Below, one piece after another: positions 36,401 through 41,413 of a stretch of DNA of 64,000 nucleotides. The translations under genes and the position numbers were made by a program. The notes under the pieces are model-generated. The model was not told the DNA's origin. It saw only the letters and a list, made by a program, of their open reading frames with translations, and did no database searches. The DNA is taken from assembly GCA_030765185.1 (NCBI GenBank), contig JAVCDE010000024.1, positions 379,538-443,537 on the forward strand. The letters run 5' to 3'. Origin of the DNA: Candidatus Aceula meridiana. Its GTDB lineage: Bacteria > Omnitrophota > Gorgyraeia > Zapsychrales > Aceulaceae. The stretch's first letter is position 1; every line of letters starts with the position of its first letter.

Positions 36401-38750
36401 CCTGTAGAGGATAAACAACCTTGCGCTCTTTTCCTGACCCTTTAAAGACACGGCCTTCTTCGATACCATAATGCATAGAGTTACGTTTGCTAGCAGTTGT
36501 GGCAAACACGATATGTTTTGGATTCTTTTTACGATTTAAAAGTTCTTTAAAACCATAGGTCATGAACCCATAGCCACGTTTGACCATGTTGCGATAACCG
36601 CCATTTTCCTTGGCATGTCCGGCTAAAACATAGTGGCCAGGAACACCTAAAAATGCATCTTGAATGAGGCGTATCCCCTCCTCTAAAAATGCCATATGGC
36701 CTTTACCTTCATAAGAAGGCCCTACTCCCCAGATCACCATATTCGGTCCGTTACGCAGTTTTAGCTTTCCAGACATCTGCTTGGTTTGCTTTTTCATGGC
36801 ATTCCAAAAGCGATACTGGGCATCTGTTTCGCTTAATTTACCGGATAAAAATTCTTCAATTTTGCTGCCGTGGGTATCAATATCTTTTAAAAGACTTTCA
36901 TATTCTTTGCTTGTCATCTTGCGAAGCTTTTTGCCATCAGCAACAAGATCGCCGTAAAAGAAATAACGCTGAGTTTCAGGAACCTGCAAGAGATCAAGCA
37001 TATTGTTTAAAATATTGGGGAAAGAGTGATAGTCTGTGCGCTTTTGAGGAGCAAGGCCGTCTAAGGCAAAGGCCTCAACACGATTCATATCTGGCTTGTG
37101 ACCAAAATCGATGTTGGGTTTGTTTAAAAATTCTTGCGTTTTTGCTTTATCCCAAGTATTGAGAATATCAGCGAGTAGACGGTACGACACCCAAGGCGTA
37201 TCGCCTGTTGCAAAGTTGACTACAAATTTCTCACCCGATTTAGCAGTGCGCTCCCAAGCTTGGTACTCAGCAATAAATTCTTCAACAAATTTCTCAGCTA
37301 CGGCCACGATATCCTTTAGGATGTGGGCATCCATAGTCTCAGATTGATTAACCGTAAAATTATAAATCGCCTGGGCTGGATTTTGATAATATCCGAGCTC
37401 TCTAAGCTTTTCAAAAGCTGTGCGGACCTCTTGCTCTGATGAGTCTTCCTTAATAGAGGTGATGATTTTCTTTGCCTGCTTTTTGGCTTGTACTGCGCTA
37501 GAGACAAAAAAACTTGCCGCACTCTTATCTCCAGCTGACACAAAAACAAGATCAATATCCTGAAAGCTTGAGGATGTTACCCATTGCGGCAGAGGTGCGG
37601 ATATGGTTGAAGTAAAACTTAAAACTTGGGTAATATTCCAATTGATTCCACCGGAAAAATACTTGCGTGGAACATTCTTTTGCGTATATTTATCATATTC
37701 AACTTTAATATAATCGCAAACACCTTTTTTAAATGACTCGATATACTGAGAATAAATTTCTTCAGTGGCGCCTTCTTTAGCTAAATCAACGCCTTTAACT
37801 TTGCTTTTATCCGCGTACGCTTTTGTTAAAAATGCGTTTTTAAGTTTTGTTTTAAACCATGTTGCCAAAATCATGGAGTGATAGATTTGACGAAGCTGGG
37901 AAAAATTACGCCCGAAGTTAACTTCATGTTCAAGCTCAGGAATAATAATTTCACGGACAATATCAGAAGTAAGCGTAGAACTTTTAGCATTGTTAGCGCT
38001 TAACGTAGAGCGTTTAGCGTTTAGATTATTTATTTCTTCTATGCGTTGCGCACTATCCGCTATCCGCTGTTCGCTATGCGCTAGATAGTCTTCCTCCAAC
38101 ATTACTTTTAGTTTGCTCTCAGCAACAAACGCCCTATCCCCGTTCTCGTACACAACTGCTTTTTCAGGTACAATCCATACCTTACTAAAAGTATCGACCG
38201 GAATGTCCGTTGTCCCATATTCTTCGTAGGCCCTTTCATAAACTCTTTCCCAGAACTTTTTGCCCATCTCATCTTCAGGATAAATTAAGGAAGCTGTGAC
38301 TTGTTTTAACAAATAATCTTGGGCAAGCATGTCACGGCCCATTTCGGTTACGCCTAAAGACTCTGGCACAATACGGCCTTTTTCATAAGGCGAAAGGTTG
38401 ACCCAGAGATCATCCTCAGGAAGAGTTAAAGATGCTAAGAAGTAACGTACAAGTTTTTCGCTCTCTCCTTTTAATTCCGCCGTTTCAAGCCGAGATTGGC
38501 CTTTATCCAGAATAAAATTAAACTTCAATGGCTCTTTGGGATAGACTTGAATTCCTCTTAAAATCGCCGGAGTAAATGAGGGGCTTAAAGGCACTGTAGC
38601 GCCAGGGATAGGAAGGCCTAAAACATTGGAGGCTATTGCCTTAGGAAGATACTGGGGAAGGCATACGTTCTCTGTAAAGGCCACTAAAATAAGTATAGCA
38701 ATAGCCTTAAAAACAGATCGAAATCTATATCTGTTAATAATAAGATTCAT
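24399..38750 (-). CDS. Giant 4,783-aa multidomain protein with an N-terminal signal anchor, a string of enzyme-like domains, a helical tandem-repeat array and a large unassigned C-terminal region
   Basis: Single uninterrupted ORF of 14,352 nt in the provided six-frame track. N-terminus MNLIINRYRFRSVFKAIAILILVAFTENVCLP. Domain motifs are listed as separate features below. The antisense ORFs inside it are short shadow ORFs. Confidence 0.8.
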   Translation of the reverse strand: MNLIINRYRFRSVFKAIAILILVAFTENVCLPQYLPKAIASNVLGLPIPGATVPLSPSFTPAILRGIQVYPKEPLKFNFILDKGQSRLETAELKGESEKLVRYFLASLTLPEDDLWVNLSPYEKGRIVPESLGVTEMGRDMLAQDYLLKQVTASLIYPEDEMGKKFWERVYERAYEEYGTTDIPVDTFSKVWIVPEKAVVYENGDRAFVAESKLKVMLEEDYLAHSEQRIADSAQRIEEINNLNAKRSTLSANNAKSSTLTSDIVREIIIPELEHEVNFGRNFSQLRQIYHSMILATWFKTKLKNAFLTKAYADKSKVKGVDLAKEGATEEIYSQYIESFKKGVCDYIKVEYDKYTQKNVPRKYFSGGINWNITQVLSFTSTISAPLPQWVTSSSFQDIDLVFVSAGDKSAASFFVSSAVQAKKQAKKIITSIKEDSSEQEVRTAFEKLRELGYYQNPAQAIYNFTVNQSETMDAHILKDIVAVAEKFVEEFIAEYQAWERTAKSGEKFVVNFATGDTPWVSYRLLADILNTWDKAKTQEFLNKPNIDFGHKPDMNRVEAFALDGLAPQKRTDYHSFPNILNNMLDLLQVPETQRYFFYGDLVADGKKLRKMTSKEYESLLKDIDTHGSKIEEFLSGKLSETDAQYRFWNAMKKQTKQMSGKLKLRNGPNMVIWGVGPSYEGKGHMAFLEEGIRLIQDAFLGVPGHYVLAGHAKENGGYRNMVKRGYGFMTYGFKELLNRKKNPKHIVFATTASKRNSMHYGIEEGRVFKGSGKERKVVYPLQAVRDQRGSYLVAGGSEENLRLRRHFWHFDLIDEWTPKMIRKFFVYLVDDVKKNNPEKTLLNFKQKDVFEFLESDAAKLFGAPPIVRKIVEYNLKSLKKYGAWEELKKEIAQAIRDNTITPNGIIEKLGWEPGDRDKKVDIINPHLDDDYFAKRENIRVLAKQGYDIEIHYTAKGTTAVDDLYVAQVLRRIKRWDKAKLDAVSKRTTSQVAQELIPTLESQNLHTSPSDFDPWTHMTEKEKDLRAQALFLEIFHPHSIQENRQHLLHLIDALLESFNEKARWGARDVESIGHIKAAIRIFENKTAMMSLGIPYEKIHDPMDSTFYSEEGWGGAAGEEDIERVKNILRKRKPDLIISNGEGFADYRAHSNTEAIVISATYDLIDEGVFNPKKLKYMTYAGVWDRTRIDSPDVFSVVHSEQQLNEGERKSRQHFSTQSPTPIIDSGFAFPKFFSETVLLNAGISRKELLKFLPGLVDQFSILKNNLSGVLNYRLVDLNDRQTEKELKAKVEELGYVRPYLNRASNVAMNGPAPMPEFRLFEYDDILDDNENVRVIGDMVKALGQKGYKTRQEKGKVLFVGAKRGANQFFRLAREFPSAEIYVLEWNPSYFESLKTSFGAMSEDIKRRFHLIGNKPHNLKSIFKDASVSTVMFGSEIDAYFLAEQNPKAIFKEMGRVLKPNGYLAGDALSYAEKSFVILKGLGFENFSISLEKVIVAQKASSSSKKKEAKKDLEKPIVDGYFFLPGSPDIAVETTVKPGTSIFESRKKKEAFRQLDLKDVNYYILDLAGVIIDVEKFDQAPFAFVYAMIKNGVKDPEGFTPKEADLQEGHQFQKPPGQSTGPIFKQLITSKFADKFSFASDTDIDVFVDKLYKFYQQSRNDAVNKVLTRPKDQVERILFKPGVAEFLKDKIAQGATLVVLSGAKKEDKQPILEKLGLMESFKDIHFARTSKNKVEVFKKLIDEIDPNENVIIVDDSAKNVKEFRNILTQREEQKEKIYVVGLIEGNEGKAEKMDPHADGIVDDLGDLVVSSAISDPAQEASSSLRKKIVEGYNNIFTKIGLRRFDERDNPRKSPSDSSIQASSIKVYNPESLIDKLVEKGEIVLQSNDGEEFKFQLKEDTTPGSYRFAVIREDKEVGHYYLRADQVGLNRKEVRVAIRVEEKNYRGLGRALVSFALALCKRNSRDFLEANNVLDFSFFYEMGFEGRISNINKHLYFNLKTSEIPLIQIVEKKSYRYLKNAILYEGIISKRRNRAKIIREAQKIAQDYPGTKVAILEEGSKELVRVESQFPGKVLFEKSASVYDSNKEEIMQKARNRAAKIKIENPRAMIVDQRVNYPEGGKAVNLKVMVVEEDREAVWSVASSVASAPEQRTDNPELFTYESLVQKTDFLKEITRLNNNKEPAVINAVGSLEDVFKKVRQKLEEAKKNNNLTFLFAEIIRDHKTSHIVILDEIENLEEGLSHFIVDSSSSKSLNDNILYLRIDYDRKRKEFMRDEISVGRGDNSRFSESNIQRKGFGSEIYEKTVESLSLKYPGLKIRSYVVDSWAEDRFIEYFNPSHVNIEALEGTIPTLEQLKLIKQKKKEEGQFADPAQGADSALVTTADKMKEIGRWLGLKRSEKGKKYPVICVNGPPGAGKTIAIRAIIETLLKEEGITDFDWKDGEGDSEKQAARKELVNYGIKYYDEFDERDGVEYFEALENLINRIDVVILETVRQPVSYDWKDPDRLLLVRVVPVNEEKRKRKIKERELSLVEVERLSDISSSRYSDLDRVPSNIKNIITIVNSYSENPEDLARGFEEGLTVSSSSTLTSGDKISSFAPDLAQKPGSFSAVVNNMEIPKKKEDLAAIGRNEKQSSATPIEPKSIAQAHSFVESLPDLKDQEVIVVGPGEDYLHNKLYVNMGFIAEEEFANMIFWEEMFLEAGAKVSLYEPDKRINGLWQEWANKVKNNNLTVVPDGKASFDQAEIIKKPAQVLVMMSILSDPSILKKTRVKIFQNAMNALELEDEGVIVLGYYNDYGDSRGKVFFENEIKRTKEIIELAGYKIQGQPLAKGSEPSHPQMKSHTWEAYRVDKKQKLLTGEDSLEQEISKILSPLDEEFIRDLIERKQNTILEDPDYFKEHNIFSEVFDELCKKTGMLNFLISKSLDRHQETIRLWREGGILFPRAPQEIKKIADWAAPFNEDLARSLGLLMFGIVKEKSADELFEDVRKEDGFTIGDMIRQIRLQRFQSQEDFWKAVSAGQEDLKNIKVTNGKKRISNIEKCDTLQGKSIAGALADCIGITAKEEFITYIPRKSLTQDWENTEQVKNSRSQAQLVEEIKEFLKEGGFAQYVIDFVEKEKGVTFWFARGFAAYLTERLENEYDRKITTRMIGEVLDLSHSSISVGVNSTIVPTGVRGKTTADSLISKYITFVEKDGDFKNGEKAKEYFLEICSNNHVKEVFKVFVPDIIVSSTKAKTLKEMCEFLRNSRPQLYNSLFQHLWENSTQKVITLKGNDSTLYRALARLAQSGSGSSSTIDDGQDAQAKVYNPDDAHASSGAGNEVTDSAKEEEKIIEPIYSEDGKKISSSAHTPAQSLLLSNERRKRDFISNNPHFQELIAEYKKDFDRLVERHSIDMFNDIYDWSEVDWVGGESKYFFRHLLKRMIEEFPSAQLDLLLPELIEAWKHLKNSRTDSRADSFNAFLDAKALYEDPDDAGKIARDYVRLSDTAGRGAQPLFRRNLPTLLKGIDSETLKTIWPEIVKLGEEAGVKKITAIMTALAGITDKLHTPEDVRQYGAVLLELANNSMEPSDHFNESPTLLGGVALVSPFVNSPEELRVRGQALIESEKRFGDNASWLFSVAETYKTLYDDFDGFNRLIDEFLQYKETAGFNAFKTLNAMGPLVNTNEDLKSVMRELQNIFGQHDEWTISATLESIKNLITTIPELKKAGEELIKVHQKGDWQILGTGFEVVNILIDSLDGIVPMADELIGLQISEDERSDVFRGLGNLRKILGDEAFRQSWASTKDLVNKAGEYAPHILNYGIGNLKHLVQDEESLKSVGDQLLLLAQRLGSGKTFNAFSGGLKAAVSLINSSEDVLSVGSELARMRESATDSEEILFRSLSVLSRRLGEDRFRQFWPAIVETSVDAGDEAWKIIEHGASDIVAILDSEDDYRTMSKILLDAFLRLRYRDRKNYDLLSDGVMVLQHLITDLSSLEVIVNAFVSLEHRFDGQQDHFYRALGDVMRRNKERITDLRNLNVFMDEVYESVRDYSRGSYSQGEQSGYDSDGFTKDNEMYQNSLAVLGLDEIPGNLKGLKRTRNAKVKEMYKEERSPDQIQTRLGLDEMKTGENSEYKEAHDQLSAIHIAFEYLRRFVKDEPDLPQNSSSGENTNDIRPSPFGGEKSDFVQGESISSPAQGAEGSATDSEGTNFSLMNENEPLGIKGNIEYVNAALQKYRDAINLVKNVLGKPERGKTEKEKIEVQAYFDLMKALSDYFGENTTYIYPVSGADSIPAIFRKTFPINKDQNDFDRGEELISRNLGVPLAERVNLVDRTAKNFIDDAESYIAELKIISGKKVLLFKGLLNFVVWPGDNQYEKSLQIVQKIIEEVLINEGDSVVMLRQVDLLHGPQEKELGFFDILNVNLGPSGPPTRTGDDAKAFLLPDVCKIWVKGKTSPTVSAEVRKSGGIAATSVQKATFEAKKYLESLGMNFDLVGKQPTVDYFSPVSGVEVSADKMFEERMVAKILELARILDKTIAIHVLAAERVARMTEFRHTGHAMIIKPGFLELIKKKHNEESKKRVPLFEGSISTEKEVAELFFKKFIKAVSETFHYGYRIEDNEPSVPVTIFVDYDSGLKEQQLMTRDDYLFPYTTFALDFEDSNQFQRRILNLIQWHSAEISVKDKDGVLKGRPYVVIDRLITERYLDALIEIANKPLRDLSAAELSSAPGGIDFNPQALDLQIQGEGVEFELPVELQGIDFNNIEGFVPVIINITPVTNIWTLMGLNKEDFDDSEWAQEIEADEPKELSYLN
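26650..28450 (-). repeat. Giant protein: array of >=5 degenerate ~95-aa alpha-helical repeats (approx aa 3440-4030)
   Basis: Recurring signature around a conserved Trp. Examples: TIWPEIVKLGEEAG, DNASWLFSVAETYK, HDEWTISATLESIK, FRQSWASTKDLVNKAGEYA and FRQFWPAIVETSVDAGDEA. Confidence 0.5.
30350..30786 (-). other. Giant protein: second Rossmann/methyltransferase-like domain (approx aa 2655-2800)
   Basis: EVIVVGPGEDYL (G-x-G), an acidic strand end VSLYEPD, and ...ELEDEGVIVLGYY. Confidence 0.3.
31190..31566 (-). other. Giant protein: P-loop NTPase, kinase-like (approx aa 2395-2520)
   Basis: Walker A KKYPVICVNGPPGAGKTIAIRAI and a Walker B-like RIDVVILET. Confidence 0.55.
31700..32030 (-). other. 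Giant protein: second GNAT-like segment (approx aa 2240-2350)
   Basis: NIQRKGFGSEIYEKTVESL resembles GNAT motif A. The match is weaker than for the first GNAT. Confidence 0.25.
32750..33140 (-). other. Giant protein: GNAT N-acetyltransferase domain (approx aa 1870-2000)
   Basis: Motif A EEKNYRGLGRALVSFALALC (R-x-x-G-x-G/A) with flanking beta-strand pattern. Confidence 0.55.
33410..34075 (-). other. Giant protein: HAD-like hydrolase fold with degenerate motif I (approx aa 1560-1780)
   Basis: YYILDLAGVIID is motif I-like but not DxD. LVVLSGAKKED is motif II. The Lys in FARTSKNK and the IIVDDSAKNV motif IV are also present. Confidence 0.35.
34300..34850 (-). other. Giant protein: class I SAM-dependent methyltransferase domain (approx aa 1300-1480)
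   Basis: Motif I VLFVGAKRGANQF and an acidic beta-2 end at IYVLEWNPS. Post-II motif RVLKPNGYLAGD, the canonical LLKPGG-type. Confidence 0.6.
36440..37270 (-). other. Giant protein: NagB/Pgl-like sugar-phosphate isomerase-deaminase domain (approx aa 495-770)
   Basis: Three collinear matches to GlcN-6-P deaminase / 6-phosphogluconolactonase signatures. VVNFATGDTPW matches LGLPTGGTP. FALDGLAPQKRTDYHSF matches FNMDEYVGL..ESY.SF. VIWGVGPSYEGKGHMAFLEEG matches LFMGGVGNDGHIAFNEP. Confidence 0.5.
38661..38750 (-). other. Giant protein: N-terminal signal peptide / signal-anchor (aa 1-30)
   Basis: Positively charged n-region (RYRFR) followed by the hydrophobic stretch AIAILILVAF. Confidence 0.6.
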
Positions 38751-38830
38751 ATATTTATATTTGTATAAGAGTTAATTTTTTCAAGTATAGCATATTCCCC
38801 CCAGATTGCCAGAAACCCACAGACCTAAAA

Positions 38831-38853
38831 AATGGGTTAAAATGGGTTAAAAT
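38831..38853. repeat. Tandem direct repeat AATGGGTTAA x2.3 in the divergent promoter region between the giant gene and the ppiD-like gene
   Basis: Sequence aatgggttaaaatgggttaaaat lies 80-100 bp upstream of the giant gene start. Confidence 0.8.
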
Positions 38854-39017
38854 CCTTGCCAAAAGCAATAGAGGTAGATATAATTATCAAAAGATTTTTA
38901 AAATTTAAAACAATCCCGATTTTTCGCTTTGCGAAAAACGAGATAAATTCGCCCTTCAAATTTACACTCACTAACGTTCTGTACCATTGGGGCTTGATTA
39001 TTGAGAAAGGCTCATTT

Positions 39018-40511
39018 ATGTTAAAAATTTTACGTAAAAAAGGCATCGCTAAAAAGCTGCTTTGGGTTTTGGCTATAATCATTACCCTTTCTTTTATGCT
39101 CTGGGGCGTCTCTTCATCTTTACAACAAACAAGTTCTGTTAAATCTGCCGGTAGAATTTTCAACCGTAAAGTATCTTTTGAAGACTTCCAAAGGGCCCTA
39201 TTGCACGTGCGTAATCAGGCCATCATGCGCTACGGAGAAAACTTTTACCAAATCAGCCAATTTCTAGATTTGGACTCTCAAGCCTGGGACCGATTGATTC
39301 TTTTGCATGAGGCCAAAGAACGTAAAGTCAAAATTCCTGACGCGCAAGTTGTGGCGGCTGTCTCGGAGTTTCCTTTCTTCCAACGTGACGGCGCCTTTGA
39401 CAAAGCTCTTTATGATCAAATTGTTCAATATGTTTTTCGCTGCCGGCCGCGTGATTTTGAAGAAGGCGTACGCGAATCTTTAATGTTTAAGAAAATCTTT
39501 GATGATGAGACAGCGTTTATTAATGTTTCTGAAGATGACGTTCTTAAAGAATACCAAAAACAAAACGAAAAAGTCCAGGTCGAGTATGTTTTGTTCTCTA
39601 CCTCGGATTATGAAAAAGAAGTCTCTTCCCTGGAGGAAGAAGTTCAAAAATATTATGAGAGTCATAAAAATGACTTCAAAATCCCATCGACCATTAATGT
39701 CTCCTACCTTGCCTTAGAATACCCTAAAGAAGCCACAGATGAACAAAAGGATTCTATCAAAAAGAAAGCAGCGGATATTGCTGGTGATATTGCGGGTGAA
39801 CTTTCTTTAGAAGACATTGCTAAGAAATATGAGTTAGAAATAAAAACAAGTGGATTCTTTAGCAAGGAACAGCCTAAAATGGACTTAGGCTGGCCTTTAG
39901 AAATTTTTCAGCGTGCACTTTCTTTAAAAATAGACGAACTGGCAGGACCGATGGAAACAAACAAAGGCTACTATCTTCTTAAGCTTCAAGACCAAAAAGA
40001 ATCTTATGTTCCTGATTTTGAACAAGCGAAAGAAAAAGCTCGAAAAGCTATTGTTACCCAAAAAGCAAAAATTATTGCCCAAGAAAAAGCAAAACAAGCT
40101 TTAGCGCAAATTCAAGAATTTCTCGTTCAAAACCCTAACGCAAAATTCGCCCAAGCTGTCAAAAAAGTCGGCCAAAACATTCAGCAAAGCCCTCTTTTTA
40201 CGCACGGACAATATCTTCCGCAGATAGGCCCGGCTCCTCAATTTCATCAAGCTGCCTTTATGCTTTCCGACGAAGAAAAAATTAGTGATGTCATCGAGAC
40301 ATCGGGTGGTTACGCGATTTTGTCGCTTGTTTCATTTGAACCAATTGATGAGGCAAAATTTGAAGAAGAAAAAGAAGTTCTTTCCGAGAAGCTCTTAGTG
40401 CAGAAAAAAGAGGAAGCCTTTAATGCATTCTTAACGCGCTTAAGAATAAAAGCGCAGCTTCAGAATAACCTGAAGGCTTTGGAAAAATCCACTGAAAATT
40501 CACAAAACTAA
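39018..40511 (+). CDS. ppiD: Membrane-anchored periplasmic chaperone of the PpiD/SurA type (degenerate parvulin domain)
   Basis: Start chosen at the internal Met MLKILRKKG, which is preceded by a GAGAAAGG RBS; the ORF-track start is 38856. The N-terminal TM helix LLWVLAIIITLSFMLWGV is followed by a long K/E-rich periplasmic region with a parvulin-like remnant (DLGWPLEIF...GYYLLKL). Confidence 0.55.
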   Translation: MLKILRKKGIAKKLLWVLAIIITLSFMLWGVSSSLQQTSSVKSAGRIFNRKVSFEDFQRALLHVRNQAIMRYGENFYQISQFLDLDSQAWDRLILLHEAKERKVKIPDAQVVAAVSEFPFFQRDGAFDKALYDQIVQYVFRCRPRDFEEGVRESLMFKKIFDDETAFINVSEDDVLKEYQKQNEKVQVEYVLFSTSDYEKEVSSLEEEVQKYYESHKNDFKIPSTINVSYLALEYPKEATDEQKDSIKKKAADIAGDIAGELSLEDIAKKYELEIKTSGFFSKEQPKMDLGWPLEIFQRALSLKIDELAGPMETNKGYYLLKLQDQKESYVPDFEQAKEKARKAIVTQKAKIIAQEKAKQALAQIQEFLVQNPNAKFAQAVKKVGQNIQQSPLFTHGQYLPQIGPAPQFHQAAFMLSDEEKISDVIETSGGYAILSLVSFEPIDEAKFEEEKEVLSEKLLVQKKEEAFNAFLTRLRIKAQLQNNLKALEKSTENSQN

Positions 40512-41011
40512 TCGATTAAAGCTTCAGCATATCCCTTAGGAAGGCTGTGTCCGACTGAAATAACAATGCCTTCCTTGTCTACAAGCACAAAGGTCGGAAC
40601 CCCCACGACTTGATACTCATCAGCAACGCTATTTCTTTCATCTAAAAAAATCTCTAAGCTAATACCCGCGCGTTTAACATAAGAGACGACCTGTTTCTTG
40701 CTTTCCCCTAAGTCAACAACAACAAGTTTAATCCCATTACTCTCGATGTTCAGGTATTCTCTATCAAGACCTTTTAGTGCCGTGCGGCAATGAGGACACC
40801 ATGTTGCCCAAAAAAATAAAATGGCAGGCTTGTCGTCACGATATTCTGTTAAACTAACATCGCTACGCGTTAAGGTTGGCAGACTAAATTCTGGAGCAGG
40901 CTCTCCCTCTAGACTATTCCCAAAAAGAAAAAACTGGGCCCCACTTTTTGACAAACCAAAAACCAAAAGGCCCAGGATAACAAGCATAACAACACGGCTA
41001 AAAATTTTCAT
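40508..41011 (-). CDS. tlpA: TlpA/ResA-family thiol:disulfide oxidoreductase (thioredoxin fold, periplasmic)
   Basis: Signal or TM anchor and a thioredoxin fold with FWATWCPHCR (CxxC). Confidence 0.75.
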   Translation of the reverse strand: MKIFSRVVMLVILGLLVFGLSKSGAQFFLFGNSLEGEPAPEFSLPTLTRSDVSLTEYRDDKPAILFFWATWCPHCRTALKGLDREYLNIESNGIKLVVVDLGESKKQVVSYVKRAGISLEIFLDERNSVADEYQVVGVPTFVLVDKEGIVISVGHSLPKGYAEALID

Positions 41012-41034
41012 ATCTTTTCCTCGCTTCTCCTAAG

Positions 41035-41349
41035 TTAACAAAAGGTTGAATCTTTAATCCACTTTAAATATTTCTTTTCTCCGGCTATAATCGGTAATGC
41101 AATAATCTCAGGAACCGAATAGCTATGGAGCGCTTTTACAGCTTTTACAATCTTAGGAAAACATTTCTTTTGGATCTTTAAAATAAGCAAAGTCTCTTTA
41201 GCATTATCTACCTTACCCTCCCACCAAAAAAAAGACTCAATATCTTTAACAATATTAACACAGGCAACTAACTTCTTGGCAACAAGAGCCTTGCTGATTT
41301 TCTTAGCCTCTGCACCACTTTTCACTGTTATTAAGACAACCATATTCAT
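41035..41349 (-). CDS. cutA: Divalent-cation tolerance protein CutA
   Basis: A 104-aa protein with LVACVNIVKDIESFFWWEGKV...HSYSVPEIIALPIIAGEKKYLKWI, matching CutA1-family conservation. Confidence 0.7.
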   Translation of the reverse strand: MNMVVLITVKSGAEAKKISKALVAKKLVACVNIVKDIESFFWWEGKVDNAKETLLILKIQKKCFPKIVKAVKALHSYSVPEIIALPIIAGEKKYLKWIKDSTFC

Positions 41350-41413
41350 AGACTACTATTTTCTTTTTGTGGGCTCATTGTATCTAAAAGAAGCCCCGAG
41401 ACAAAGCCCTTTT

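Noticed and set aside
24421-37555. About 25 plus-strand or alternate-frame ORFs of 60-160 aa inside the giant gene (for example 28509..28919, 36689..37162 and 33457..33738)
   Set aside because: All lie entirely inside and antisense or out of frame to one continuous 14-kb ORF with coherent domain content. They are typical shadow ORFs; none has its own RBS or recognisable motifs.
38837-39163. A 108-aa minus-strand ORF overlapping the start of the ppiD-like gene
   Set aside because: It is antisense to a well-supported plus-strand gene with an RBS, a TM anchor and chaperone-like sequence. It has low complexity and no motifs.
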